Positions 49,176 to 60,266 of a DNA stretch of 64,000 nucleotides are shown in pieces. The notes under the pieces are model-generated. The model saw nothing but the letters and a program-made list of their open reading frames with translations. It was not told where the DNA came from and ran no database searches. A program made the translations under genes and the position numbers. The number at the start of each line of letters is the position of its first letter. The stretch's first letter is position 1. Origin of the DNA: Ignavibacteriota bacterium (lineage in GTDB: Bacteria; Bacteroidota; Ignavibacteria; Palsa-1295); assembly GCA_963787835.1 (NCBI GenBank), contig CAWBEI010000003.1, positions 128,001 to 192,000 of the forward strand. The letters are read 5' to 3'.

Positions 49176-50462
49176 TTATTCTTTTACGATCCGTTTTGTA
49201 ATGGGCTGGGGATTTCCCGGCCCATTTGCATTTGCACGAACAATATACGTCCCCCTCGGCAATCCACCCGTTTCCCACTCATAGCTCCCCTCCACGCGGA
49301 AACGATCTACTTCCCTGCCCAGCACATCGAAGATTTCAACATCAGCGGATGGCACACCTTCTAAACTAATAGTTGCGGGACCAGATGCTGGATTCGGAAA
49401 GACTTGAATGTTGCGGCCTGAGTTCGCAGCTGTGCTTTCTGAGACACTCGATTGATTAAAATCCGAAAGAGGACGTCTCCAAATACCACTATCGGTTGCT
49501 GCGAAAAGATAGCCATCGGCAACGGCAAGCGTGTAAATCGACCCATCCGTAAGACCTTCACTGGCATTCGACCAATTTGCTCCACTATCAGTTGACAAAT
49601 AAACTCCACTATCATTCGTGCCTGCAAAAATATCATTCTCGCTACCAACTAAGGCCGTGATGTTGAAAACAACGGATTGTGGTAACCCATTTGAAACTGA
49701 TTTCCAACTATTGCCGCTATCCGTCGAAAGAAATACGCCGCCATTGTAAAAGGGTCCATTATTGCACCCGACAAAAATCTCTGAGCCGTCTATTGCAAAA
49801 ACATTAATATCCAGGCTCGTCAAACCATCGTTTCGCTTCGTCCAACTTCGGCCCGTATCGGTAGAAACATAAACACCTTCGAACAAAGAGCCCGCAAGTA
49901 TATTAGTTCCAATCATCGCAAAGCCACCAGTAATAGCATTGTGAGCATCGTCAAGCCCACTATCCTCACACTCGATCCAGCTATTCCCAGAATCGATAGA
50001 ATAATAATTTCCAAGCCGCGAAAAATAGTAGTCAAAAGTGAACATCATGGCCGAAGTTCCACTGCCACCAACGACATCGAAAGCATCGAAAGCGTTCAGA
50101 ATGGAATCGACAGTCCAGGTTCTACCACTATCTGTTGACCGAAAACCAATATAATTGAATCCCCGATCTTGGGCAAATAAAGTGGTGCCAAGTACCGCAA
50201 TTATATTGAAGTCGTAAGAAGAATTAGGAATGGTTCCGAACGGATTCCAGGTTGCACCACTATCCGTAGAATGGAATATACTCGCAACAGGATGGAGGGA
50301 ATCCCACATCGTTTCGTTGGCAAAAAGATTCGTTCCACTCACAACAAGTTTAGAACTCCGCCCGAATAATCCTACATTTACCCATTGTCCATTCGCATTT
50401 GGCACAACAAAAAAAGAAACAGTAAGGAAGCTAAAGGAGATAAAAAAGAGCCTGAATTTCAT
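49176..50462 (-). CDS. BNR-repeat secreted protein with T9SS C-terminal domain
   Basis: STDSGxxW repeats; VFPNPAS...IFDVLGREV...GTYIVR. Confidence 0.88.
   Translation of the reverse strand: MKFRLFFISFSFLTVSFFVVPNANGQWVNVGLFGRSSKLVVSGTNLFANETMWDSLHPVASIFHSTDSGATWNPFGTIPNSSYDFNIIAVLGTTLFAQDRGFNYIGFRSTDSGRTWTVDSILNAFDAFDVVGGSGTSAMMFTFDYYFSRLGNYYSIDSGNSWIECEDSGLDDAHNAITGGFAMIGTNILAGSLFEGVYVSTDTGRSWTKRNDGLTSLDINVFAIDGSEIFVGCNNGPFYNGGVFLSTDSGNSWKSVSNGLPQSVVFNITALVGSENDIFAGTNDSGVYLSTDSGANWSNASEGLTDGSIYTLAVADGYLFAATDSGIWRRPLSDFNQSSVSESTAANSGRNIQVFPNPASGPATISLEGVPSADVEIFDVLGREVDRFRVEGSYEWETGGLPRGTYIVRANANGPGNPQPITKRIVKE
49249..49353. repeat. Near-identical CTD-coding repeat, copy 1
   Basis: 105 bp, 5 synonymous mismatches vs 50563-50667. 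Confidence 0.9.
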
Positions 50463-50486
50463 AGCTAATATTTCTTTCCGATCTAA

Positions 50487-52679
50487 TTACTCCTTCACAA
50501 TACGCTTCATTAACATCTGGGAATTCGATCCAGATTCATTAGTTGTTGCTCGCACGACATAAGTCCCCCTCGGCAATCCACCCGTTTCCCACTCATAGCT
50601 CCCCTCCACGCGGAAACGGTCCACTTCCCTGCCCAGCACATCGAAAATTTCAACATCGGCAGATGGCGCTCCAACGATAAAAATAGTCGCATCACCGAAG
50701 GCAGGATTGGGATAGATAGAAAGTTCAACCGCCGGTTGACCAGAAACAGGAACGGAAGCACTACTTCCAAAGCAGGTGTCAAATTTATTTCCTGCAAGAT
50801 CGATGGCTGTTATACAGAAGCTTCCTGATGCAAAGGTGTCCACATGTTGTACCGAAAAGCTTGCGACACCGTGTCCTCGAACGCTGTCAGATAGAGTAAT
50901 AAACTCATTGATCACGTTCGTAAAGTAGATTGTATCAAGTCCCCGATCCCATGCTTGCGTATCTGACACTTGATAAAAGCAGGGACCATTGACTGTATCA
51001 ATGCAAATTCCGCCTTGAACCAATGGTGAGTGCGTATCCGGAATTGTGCAATACGTATATTGCACAACACTTGAATTCCCAAGCGAGTCGGTCAGGCGAA
51101 TAGCTGCCGATCCATTCAGCAGCGAATCGACAACACAAACAGAGTAGTAGGTTGAATCCGCGCCGGCGTGATTGGGCGCAATGGAAAGCCGCATGTTCGT
51201 TAAACTATCGGCGCTCACCATGAGCACGGGAATTCTCCTCGCGCCGGTATCGAACGTTACCGCGCTGGTGCATCGGGTATTACACTCACTGCCATCGTAG
51301 CTGCCCGTTCGGCTGAGCACCGTTGCAGTTGGAGCGATAGGAGGTTCTGCGGAGCAATCGACCATAATTGGGCAACTGTATGTCCCATTGAGACACCCTG
51401 ATGCACCTAAATCCGAAGCAGTAGCAGAAAAAGCAATATCGTAGATCGAATCCGTCGAGCAATTTGTCAGAACGCTGGCAAGAACGGTGTCCTCCCATGT
51501 GAGTGTTGCGGCCATTCCTCCCTGAATCATTGAATTGATCGGGCTTTGCTGTTGCATGTGACCATTATGTGATGTGGGCTGCGGAGATATAATTTGCACC
51601 GGTCCACTGGCTTGGCCAGTCGCATCATTCGTGATCGACTGCGTACCGGATGCAGAAGTCCCTACTGTGTCTGTTTGATTCCATACGATCCCATCGACCG
51701 GAAAGTGATTGGGAACATATTCCGTACCATTCCAGATAATATGATCCGGATGGACAAGCATCGCGTCCAGCGCATTACCCAGGCATATCGGTGTACACGG
51801 TGGTGTGCCATAACTGCCGCGAGCAAGTTCCACGCTACCCCCTGCGCCAACGCTACTTGCTGGCCATTGAAAAAGTAAAGCCTCATCGCCAACAATAGGA
51901 TACTGAACTCCCACTTCTGGGGCACCCCATGTCCAATCAGTTACAATTTCTCGCCAATCGGTGTAAGCAAAGAGTGAGGGCTGGATGAGGCCCATCGGTT
52001 CGGGTGCAAGAAGATCGTTCAAGTATCCTATCGCCATGAGCGAGGGGAATGATCCGCCACTCAATGATTGCAATGACGCGATATAATAAGGAGGAATGGG
52101 ATATGAATCTGGGAATGAAATCCACTCATTGGAAACATAGCCATAGCGTGTCGTTATGGGTGCGTTATCATTACCCGTGTTGACATCTTTCGTTAGGCAT
52201 ACATCAAGTAGATACTGCGCTTGCGCATTTAATACTGTATCCGTATGATTGCGAACGCTGATCTTGAAGACGATCTGCCCGGAACCTGATATTGGGAACG
52301 CAACCGGATAAATATCCTGAACAATGTCGAACGCATTTTTCCCTTCAGGCTGCCAAACCGTCTCGATGGTATCGCCTATCTTAGTTGTGACCCCGAACTG
52401 CAACATGGTTGGATATACCGGTGCGGCACTTGGGACGAGATTAGGATTATTGGTATAGTACGCCGTATCCACATGAACGGTAAGATAAGAGGTTTGTGCA
52501 GCAAGGAATGAAATACCATCCCCATTTGCATAAGAATATCGAACCAGCCCTTCGCCGTCGTTCGTGACATCCGCCTTTACGAATGCATTACTTGCAACGA
52601 ACGAAGTTTGCCCATTCGCCGCAGTCGATGCGAATAAAGAAATAATAATAATTGATGCGAGTTTCCAGACCATAGACAC
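50487..52679 (-). CDS. Cys-rich secreted protein with T9SS C-terminal domain
   Basis: Signal peptide; AIDLAGN Ig-like motif; IYPNPA...IFDVLGREV. Confidence 0.85.
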   Translation of the reverse strand: MSMVWKLASIIIISLFASTAANGQTSFVASNAFVKADVTNDGEGLVRYSYANGDGISFLAAQTSYLTVHVDTAYYTNNPNLVPSAAPVYPTMLQFGVTTKIGDTIETVWQPEGKNAFDIVQDIYPVAFPISGSGQIVFKISVRNHTDTVLNAQAQYLLDVCLTKDVNTGNDNAPITTRYGYVSNEWISFPDSYPIPPYYIASLQSLSGGSFPSLMAIGYLNDLLAPEPMGLIQPSLFAYTDWREIVTDWTWGAPEVGVQYPIVGDEALLFQWPASSVGAGGSVELARGSYGTPPCTPICLGNALDAMLVHPDHIIWNGTEYVPNHFPVDGIVWNQTDTVGTSASGTQSITNDATGQASGPVQIISPQPTSHNGHMQQQSPINSMIQGGMAATLTWEDTVLASVLTNCSTDSIYDIAFSATASDLGASGCLNGTYSCPIMVDCSAEPPIAPTATVLSRTGSYDGSECNTRCTSAVTFDTGARRIPVLMVSADSLTNMRLSIAPNHAGADSTYYSVCVVDSLLNGSAAIRLTDSLGNSSVVQYTYCTIPDTHSPLVQGGICIDTVNGPCFYQVSDTQAWDRGLDTIYFTNVINEFITLSDSVRGHGVASFSVQHVDTFASGSFCITAIDLAGNKFDTCFGSSASVPVSGQPAVELSIYPNPAFGDATIFIVGAPSADVEIFDVLGREVDRFRVEGSYEWETGGLPRGTYVVRATTNESGSNSQMLMKRIVKE
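50563..50667. repeat. Near-identical CTD-coding repeat, copy 2
   Basis: Matches 49249-49353. Confidence 0.9.
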
Positions 52680-52794
52680 GCTCCTTTTTTGAAGTTAAAA
52701 TCGGACTCAAGTTTAACGGAATTCCCTAAGCTTTCAATCCCGCGAGTTTATACTCAATTTCTACTCAGATTCAAGGATACAAGCTTACCCCGCG

Positions 52795-54154
52795 TTAAAC
52801 ACTCAGGAAAAACTGCTGATAGATCAAATACGCATTCAAAGCTGCAATAGCCACAACAACAGCCCATGCAACTACTTTGAGCCACATCGGGCTTGCGAAA
52901 TCACCCATTACGGATCTCCTGCCGGTAAATAACACCAGCGGAACCGTAGCAAACGTAAGTTGCACAGAAAGTACCACTTGCGAGAGAAGTAACAAGCTAT
53001 AGATCGCGTGATTCTCAGCATCCACGCCACCTCCGGTGTTCATCGCAATGACGACCACTGCCGGAATGATCGCCAGGCTTCGCGTGATCAGCCGCCGCAG
53101 CCACGGGCGAACCTTTATCTGAAGAAATCCTTCCATCACCACTTGCCCGGCGAGCGTTCCGGTGATCGTCGAAGCCTGACCCGAAGCCAGCAATGCCACG
53201 CCAAAAGCTAAACTTGCGAGGCTGGTTCCCAGCAACGGAGACAGTGTGTAATAGGCCTGTTGAATTTCCGTCACAACCTTCCCGCGCTCGAAAAATACGG
53301 CGGCGGCCATCACAAGAATAGCCGCATTGACAAAAAATGCCATATTAAGCGCAAAGACGGTATCGAACACATTATATCGCAAGGCGGAACGAATTTCTTT
53401 GAACGATCGCCCCACTTTTCTCGATGTAACCAGATGGGAATGTAAATACAGATTGTGCGGCATCACCGTCGCGCCGAGAATGCCAAGCGCAATGTAAAGG
53501 CTGCCGTTCGTAAGCTTTGGAGTTACTAATCCATGGGCAATCGCCGGCCACGCCGGATGAGCAAGATAGATCTCGAAGAGATAACATAGGCTCATCGTAC
53601 CGATCAGCGCGAGAATAACAGCTTCCAATAAACGCACGCCCCTGCTTTGAAGCAAAAGGATAAGAAGCACATCCAGCGCGGTAATGAGTACCGCTGGAAG
53701 AAGAGGTATATGAAACAGCAAATTTATTGCTATGGCACTGCCCAGCACTTCCGCGAGATCGCAGGCAACAATAGCAACTTCCGCGATCATCCAGGAAAAA
53801 ATAGCGGGCAGGTTTCGAGAACCGTTCCCGACAGAGTTGCGGAAGATCTCGGCCGGTCACCACCCCCAAACGGCTCGAAAGAATTTGGAGCAGAATAGCA
53901 ACAAGATTGCTTGCAAGGATCACCCACAGCAGATCGTAGTGGAACCGCGAGCCGCCCTCGATGTCCGTTGCCCAATTGCCAGGGTCCATATAACCGATAG
54001 CAACTAAGAACGCCGGCCCCGAAAATGCAAACGTTCTGCGAAGCAGACCCTTGGACTTATGGGGTTCGATGCGAGGAGGATCAGCCCAATCGAGAGTTGA
54101 TTCTTTTACAACGAGCGTTTTGCTTCGCACGGAAGTGGCAGAGATATCAGTCAT
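52795..54154 (-). CDS. mntH: Nramp Mn2+/Fe2+ transporter, frameshifted at a homopolymer run near 53798
   Basis: [11 protein letters not shown] in ORF 53372..54154; [13 protein letters not shown] and [12 protein letters not shown] in ORF 52795..53790. Confidence 0.93.
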
Positions 54155-54798
54155 ACTACTCTTCCAAAAATTTGCGATGCCGCTTCTGGGGCCAATGCAA
54201 GAGGCTCCCCTTTGACCACAATATTAAATGGCCCGCCAAATGGCTGCTGTCCGTGAAATTCGATCGTCGAGCCGGGAAGAAGTTCCAACTTTGCGGCGTA
54301 ACGAAGAAGCTCGGGATCGTCCTGCAATCTCGTAATAACGAGAGTCGAATCTACAACAGCCGAATTAAGCGGTATTTCTTTGATCTCCGGCATGCGTCCT
54401 TCTGCGCTGGGGATCGGGTCGCCGTGGGGATCGAAATCCGGATGGCCGAGCTTTTCCGCGATCCGTTCTTCGAAGAGCGGGCTAATGTGATGCTCCAACC
54501 GCTCGGCTTCGGCATGAACCTCGTCCCAATGATAGCCCAGCTCACGCACGAGAAACAGCTCGATAAGCCGGTGTTTTCGAATCGTCTGAAGCGCTGTGCG
54601 CTCGCCGAAGGGTGTCAGATGAATTCCCGTCGAAGGATGAACTCGAATAAGCTTTAAGCTCACGAGTCTGCGAAGCATTTTACTCACAGCGGGAGCGCTT
54701 ACGCCCACGCGACGCGCAATATCACGCGAGGTGATCTCTCCCAGTGACTCTGCTTTATAGATGGCTTTAATATAGTCTTCGATGGATGGTGTATTCAT
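54151..54798 (-). CDS. mntR: DtxR/MntR-family metal-dependent repressor
   Basis: [37 protein letters not shown], FeoA-like C-terminus. Confidence 0.92.
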   Translation of the reverse strand: MNTPSIEDYIKAIYKAESLGEITSRDIARRVGVSAPAVSKMLRRLVSLKLIRVHPSTGIHLTPFGERTALQTIRKHRLIELFLVRELGYHWDEVHAEAERLEHHISPLFEERIAEKLGHPDFDPHGDPIPSAEGRMPEIKEIPLNSAVVDSTLVITRLQDDPELLRYAAKLELLPGSTIEFHGQQPFGGPFNIVVKGEPLALAPEAASQIFGRVV

Positions 54799-54807
54799 AG
54801 AGCAGAA

Positions 54808-54826
54808 AATTAACCATAGTTAAATT
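54808..54826. promoter_or_regulatory. Putative MntR/TroR operator
   Basis: Imperfect palindrome AATTAACCATAGTTAAATT about 10 bp upstream of the mntR start. Confidence 0.7.
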
Positions 54827-55211
54827 GAAAGGATTCCATTGGTAAACATTCTTGAAACGGACCATTGTTGACAATCACCCTACCGTATTCTTAGAAGCTG
54901 TATTTTGAGAACAATATTCATCTTTTTTGGCTATTTTGGCTATTTTTCCCTTCTAAAGAATGAAATTTATGGCATAGAAGAAAAATATTCGTATTTTAGT
55001 ACAAGTGTTTTGTAATGGGTGCTCCTTGGCTATCGTCAAAGTCAATATTTTTTGAGAATTGTAGGTGCTTATTCGCTTCTGATTCTCTTGTCGTCTGGAG
55101 CATAATCGTCCCATTACTGAATACTCGACAACCCAAACGTTGCGATTTTTTCTTGTGAAAGAGTGCTTACCCACCTGTCACTTTTTTCTTAACCCCAATC
55201 GAATGAATAGA

Positions 55212-58200
55212 ATGAAACGGTACTCGATACTCTCACTATTGGCACTCCTGATTCTCATCTCTGCCAATCTTTCTTTCGCCCAAACCACCGCGACCCCGTC
55301 GCAAACCCCGGACATCCCTCACCTTGTTAGTTATCAGGGCTTGCTTACTACTCCGTCCGGTCAACCTGTTCCAGATGGTAGCCAACTGATCACCATTCGG
55401 TTTTATACCGATTCGCAAGGAGTCAGTCCTGCGATGTGGGAAGATACCTTTCGTGTGGTGACAAGCGGCGGAGTGTTCTCCATTATGCTTGGCTCGCAAA
55501 ATCCATTGCCCGACGCCAAAGTGATGGGACAACCACTGTGGGTCGGAGTAGCGGTCGGTGAAAACGAACTGCGGCCGCTCTCGCCTATTTCCGCTGCTCC
55601 TTATGCAATGACGGTCGCCAACGGAGCGATCACCGCCGAGAAAATGGGCACAGACTACGTTGGCTCGATCTCGGTGAATGGAAGCAAGGTAACGGGTCAG
55701 GGATCGGGACTTAATCTTGTCGCCGGAGATGGCCTTTCCCTCAGTTACGATCCGATCTCCAGCTCTTTGACTTTGAGTGCGACAGGCTCCGGAGCTTCTT
55801 CAGGCAGCGGGATCAAGATCCAGTCACTCAGCCCTTACATAGACAACCAAACCTCGCAGCAGAGCAGTGCTAATTTTAACATTGATGGAAGCGGCGTGAT
55901 CGGTAAGAATCTTACCGTTGGCAGCAATGGAAGCTTTGGTGGAAACCTTTCTGTAACCGGTACATCGAGCCTCAATGGGAACGTCTCGATGGGTGGGAAT
56001 GCATCCATACATGGTAGCATATCGACCAATGGAACCGCGTCGTTCGGTGGGAACACCACCATAGGTGGAAATACGACCATAAGCGGGAACACCACGATCA
56101 ATGGCAATACATCCGTTGGAGGCAATACCTCCATTAGTGGAAACACTTCTGTTGGTGGCAATGAGACTGTTAATGGAAATGCCACGATCAACAATAATAC
56201 TTACATGAATGAAAATGCTTCGATCGAGAATAATCTCTCTGTTGAAGGCAACAGCGCGCTCCAGGGTCCGGTTACACTTGGGAATACCTGGAGCTATACA
56301 CCCGCTCAGCTCATTTTTAATGATGGAACCCCTTTCTCTTATAAGACCGCAACCGTCACCGGCGCTCAGCAATACTTAGGCAATCGTATTTACACGATCC
56401 CTGATGTCGGCGCCAATGCAAATTTTGTCATGACCGAAGGAAATCAAACGGTTAATGGAGTAAAGAATTTCACTGGTGCTGTAACTATTACCAACCAGGT
56501 CATTACAACAACGGTCGCTCCTCAATCAGATACGGGCGTATCACTCGGTGACACGGCCCACCGGTTCAGGGATCTTTATCTCGGACCCCATAGCCTTGTC
56601 ATGAACAACAATGCTTCTACGACAAATTTCGGCGTATCTACAACTGGCAGTCTCTCGATCACGCAATCCACCAGCGGTGCAACAACGGGATCTACTACGA
56701 TAACCGCAGGTGGAGCGGTCTCAACGACGGGATCGATCTCGACAGGAAATTCCATCACAGTCGATGGCACAACAACCCCACGTTCCATTTTGGGTGATCT
56801 CACAACGACCTTTTCAACTTCCTCTGGAAACATTTTGATCGATCCAGCGGGCCAGGTTGGGATAGGCATTATTTATCCAGCAGCCCCTGCTTACCTGTTG
56901 GATGTTAACGGAACGTTACACTCCTCCGGTGCTGCAACACTTGCAAGCCTTACTCTCGGAGCTCCGCTTTCCATTTCGAGTGGTGGTACCGGTCAGATCA
57001 CGGCGGCGGCAGCATTAAACGCGTTATTGCCAAGCCAAAGCAATCCTAATTACGTTCTCACGACCAACGGCTCAACGGCTTCGTGGCAACCGGTTCCCGC
57101 CAGCGCCGTTACAAGCGTGTTCGGACGAACTGGTGCGGTAGTTGCAGTGTCAGGCGATTATAGTTTCTCTCAGATCGGTGGAACCGCTACAACATCGCAG
57201 CTTCCGACCGTCGATGTGGCGCATGGTGGCACGGGGCAAACAACAGCCATAGCGGCATTGAATGCATTATTGCCAAGCCAAACGGGAAGTACTAACGATT
57301 TCCTCCAAACCAACGGCTCCACAGTCTCATGGCAACCTATGGTGAGCGGAGTTTCCAGCGTCTTTGGACGAAGCGGCGCCGTTACTGCCGTCACCGGCGA
57401 TTATTCGTTCGCTCAGATCAGTGGCACCATTGCTACATCACAACTTCCGACCGTTGATGTGGCTCATGGCGGCACGGGACTGACAACAACGGGTACTACT
57501 GGCAATTTTCTCAGAAGTAGCGCCGGTGCATGGGTAAGCTCGCCCATTCAACCGAGTGACCTCGCGGGAGCTGCCTGGGGTGTTACTGGCAACGCCAGCA
57601 CAACGCCGGGTACAGACTATGTGGGAACCTCCGATAACACCGCGCTTTATCTTGATGTCAACGGGTCGCCAAATATCATTCTGAATACCAATGGTAGCCT
57701 CCAGCGCGATGCAGGTGGCAATGCACGGGGCCAATGGTCCGTCGATATGCAGATCGATCGTGACTCTATTCAACAGGTTGCAAGTGGAAATGCCAGCACG
57801 ATAGCAGGCGGCTATAGCAACACGGCCACTGGCCTGCGCAACACTATAGGCGGCGGGGCGAATAATATGGCAGGATCAGCCGCATTAAATTACATTGATG
57901 ACGCTACCGTAGGCGGTGGTTGGCACAACACGGCCTCTAATTTCGAAGCCACTGTTGCCGGTGGCTCGGATAACGTCGCGAGTGGATTCGGTTCCTTTGT
58001 TGGCGGTGGCACAGGACCTGGAATCTATAATAATTCAGCAAGCGGAGATCATTCCTCGGTCGTTGCTGGGTATGTAAATACTGCGAGTGGAACAGGATCT
58101 TCTATCGGCGGCGGCGAAAACAATTCGGCTGGTGGTAACTACACTGCTATTCCTGGCGGTGATGGTCTTACGCTTTCTGGAAACCAAAGTTTTGGATTTA

Positions 58201-60266
58201 ATGGTGCCGATAATTCCGGATCGAATGTGATGACGATCTCCGCAAATCAAATTTCCGTGTTTGCAAACACCGACCTCTGGCTTGCGAATAACGATAACTC
58301 TGCGAGGGCGATTCTGTTTTATGCTCCGTATAGCACATCCGGTAATTTCCCGAACGGAACCGGTTATGTCGGCTTCAAAGCAGGGAACGTGGTAACCTCG
58401 ACAATATGGACCTTGCCAACTTCCGATGGCGCCAGCGGAGATGTACTTCAGACAGACGGCGCTGGCAACCTAAGCTGGTCCGCTGCCGGAGCTGGTCTGA
58501 CGTTACCATTCAGTCAATCCTCCTCCAATGTCGGACCTCTGTTCCAGATCGGAAATACCGACGGGATCGATCTCGTGAGCTATTCCGTCGAAGGCGACGT
58601 CATTAATGGTTATGGAGTGACCGGCAAAGGCACAGGCCAATACGGTAACGGCGTGTATGGGCTTGCCGAGGGTGACTCCAGTGGTGTTGTTGCTGAAAAC
58701 ACTGCATCTGGAACCGGGCTTACCGTCAGGGCCAGCGGAGGAGATGCGATCCATGCTACCTCGAACTTCGGATATGCCCTTACGGCGAGCGGAAATGTTT
58801 ACATTCACGGGACCACCTTCGATACTACTTCTTCCAGTCCGGGAGGGTATGCAATCAAAGCAGATAATGGTGGCGATGGCTTCGGTGTCTGGGCGATTGC
58901 CGAGGGCGAAAATGCGTATGGGGTGTGGGGACAAAATACTTCCGGAAACCCAGGTGCAGGTGTCGCTGGTGATGCAAAGGGTGTTGGAACCGGCGTTCTG
59001 GCAACAAATTCCGATTTTGCTGGTTCTGGCCCAGGCCTCTCTGCTTTAACAAATGGCACCGGCGATGCCATCGACGCAACGGCAAATGGAAGCGGTTATG
59101 CCTTGAATGCAACCGGCAAAGTGCAGATCAATGGACTTGGCCGTGCTGGTGCTGAGACAGATCAAGTGATATTCCAAGCTACCAACTATGGCGACGGGAC
59201 CGGGCTTGAAGGCGATGCTGGTCCTGGTGGTGGTGACGGTGTGATCGGCTCAACGAATACAAATGGAAACAACAAGATCGGAGTCTGGGGATATGACAAC
59301 TCGTCCGCCACAACTAATGCTGCTCTTGCGGGCTTTTCCGCAAATGGTGTGGGTGCGGCCGGAACCTCCATGAATGGAATTGGCATACAAGGCTATCTTC
59401 AGTTTGGTGGCACCGGTACCGCCGTCGTTGCTCAAAATGCAGGTAGTGGCGTTGCTCTCACCGCTTCATCCTCTAATGGTGACGCCATTGATGCGACTGC
59501 ATCGGGTGGGAACGCCATCAGTGCCACTGGAAATGTGGTCGTGACCGGAGCCGTTGGAATTGGAACATTAGCTCCGATCTATGACCTTGAGATTCATGGT
59601 GGCGCATTCCAGGCTGAAGGCCCGACCATGATGTTGCTCAACAAAACCGGAGGTGCAGGCGCGGCACCGGATATCGACTTTGCCACGACGGGTGATAATA
59701 ATCTCTCCGATGCAAGGATCAAAGCTATTGATGACGGTAGCGGTGGCGCAAACTTAGATTTAGAGACCAACTCGGGCTACAACGATGCCATTTCGCGGCT
59801 CTATATCCAAAGTACCGGCTTTGTTGGTATTGGAACGACGACCCCAGCGGATGCTCTGGATGTTGAAGGCAATATTCATGCATCGGCGGATGTCTCCGTT
59901 GGGACCCACCTGCTCTCTCCTGGAGTTCTCCCACCCGAGAACGTCCATATTGATCCTAACTCGAATGCACAATTTGCCTCGTATTCAGCGGGGAATGATG
60001 TTGCGGGACAAGTCTATATCTATACATCAGGCGCTCCTAATACGGGCGATCAGATTGACATTATTCCGATCACGCCATTCACTGAGGGTACTCCGATCGT
60101 GGTGGTCTCTGGTAATGATGGGCCGAGCGCAGGACTTTCGCCGTATGCTTACTATAATGGCGAAATTGGCGCGATCGTCATCGGCTTTCCTTCGGGCGCG
60201 TCTCCGCAGCCTTTGACTTCCTATACATTTAACTACCATATCACCGTAGTTCCTAATCCCCAATAA
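55212..60266 (+). CDS. Large secreted fibre/adhesin-like mosaic protein (tail-fibre-like)
   Basis: Signal peptide; SYQGLLT...GVFSIMLGS N-domain; hexapeptide GNTTIG repeats; duplicated ~80-aa unit; GGxxNxA repeats; VGIGT motifs. Confidence 0.8.
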   Translation: MKRYSILSLLALLILISANLSFAQTTATPSQTPDIPHLVSYQGLLTTPSGQPVPDGSQLITIRFYTDSQGVSPAMWEDTFRVVTSGGVFSIMLGSQNPLPDAKVMGQPLWVGVAVGENELRPLSPISAAPYAMTVANGAITAEKMGTDYVGSISVNGSKVTGQGSGLNLVAGDGLSLSYDPISSSLTLSATGSGASSGSGIKIQSLSPYIDNQTSQQSSANFNIDGSGVIGKNLTVGSNGSFGGNLSVTGTSSLNGNVSMGGNASIHGSISTNGTASFGGNTTIGGNTTISGNTTINGNTSVGGNTSISGNTSVGGNETVNGNATINNNTYMNENASIENNLSVEGNSALQGPVTLGNTWSYTPAQLIFNDGTPFSYKTATVTGAQQYLGNRIYTIPDVGANANFVMTEGNQTVNGVKNFTGAVTITNQVITTTVAPQSDTGVSLGDTAHRFRDLYLGPHSLVMNNNASTTNFGVSTTGSLSITQSTSGATTGSTTITAGGAVSTTGSISTGNSITVDGTTTPRSILGDLTTTFSTSSGNILIDPAGQVGIGIIYPAAPAYLLDVNGTLHSSGAATLASLTLGAPLSISSGGTGQITAAAALNALLPSQSNPNYVLTTNGSTASWQPVPASAVTSVFGRTGAVVAVSGDYSFSQIGGTATTSQLPTVDVAHGGTGQTTAIAALNALLPSQTGSTNDFLQTNGSTVSWQPMVSGVSSVFGRSGAVTAVTGDYSFAQISGTIATSQLPTVDVAHGGTGLTTTGTTGNFLRSSAGAWVSSPIQPSDLAGAAWGVTGNASTTPGTDYVGTSDNTALYLDVNGSPNIILNTNGSLQRDAGGNARGQWSVDMQIDRDSIQQVASGNASTIAGGYSNTATGLRNTIGGGANNMAGSAALNYIDDATVGGGWHNTASNFEATVAGGSDNVASGFGSFVGGGTGPGIYNNSASGDHSSVVAGYVNTASGTGSSIGGGENNSAGGNYTAIPGGDGLTLSGNQSFGFNGADNSGSNVMTISANQISVFANTDLWLANNDNSARAILFYAPYSTSGNFPNGTGYVGFKAGNVVTSTIWTLPTSDGASGDVLQTDGAGNLSWSAAGAGLTLPFSQSSSNVGPLFQIGNTDGIDLVSYSVEGDVINGYGVTGKGTGQYGNGVYGLAEGDSSGVVAENTASGTGLTVRASGGDAIHATSNFGYALTASGNVYIHGTTFDTTSSSPGGYAIKADNGGDGFGVWAIAEGENAYGVWGQNTSGNPGAGVAGDAKGVGTGVLATNSDFAGSGPGLSALTNGTGDAIDATANGSGYALNATGKVQINGLGRAGAETDQVIFQATNYGDGTGLEGDAGPGGGDGVIGSTNTNGNNKIGVWGYDNSSATTNAALAGFSANGVGAAGTSMNGIGIQGYLQFGGTGTAVVAQNAGSGVALTASSSNGDAIDATASGGNAISATGNVVVTGAVGIGTLAPIYDLEIHGGAFQAEGPTMMLLNKTGGAGAAPDIDFATTGDNNLSDARIKAIDDGSGGANLDLETNSGYNDAISRLYIQSTGFVGIGTTTPADALDVEGNIHASADVSVGTHLLSPGVLPPENVHIDPNSNAQFASYSAGNDVAGQVYIYTSGAPNTGDQIDIIPITPFTEGTPIVVVSGNDGPSAGLSPYAYYNGEIGAIVIGFPSGASPQPLTSYTFNYHITVVPNPQ

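Noticed and set aside
49249-50667. CTD repeat as the TR/VR pair of a diversity-generating retroelement
   Set aside because: Differences are synonymous and not adenine-restricted, both copies are coding, and no reverse transcriptase is in the window
55212-60266. Prophage tail gene
   Set aside because: Has a Sec signal peptide and no other phage genes nearby
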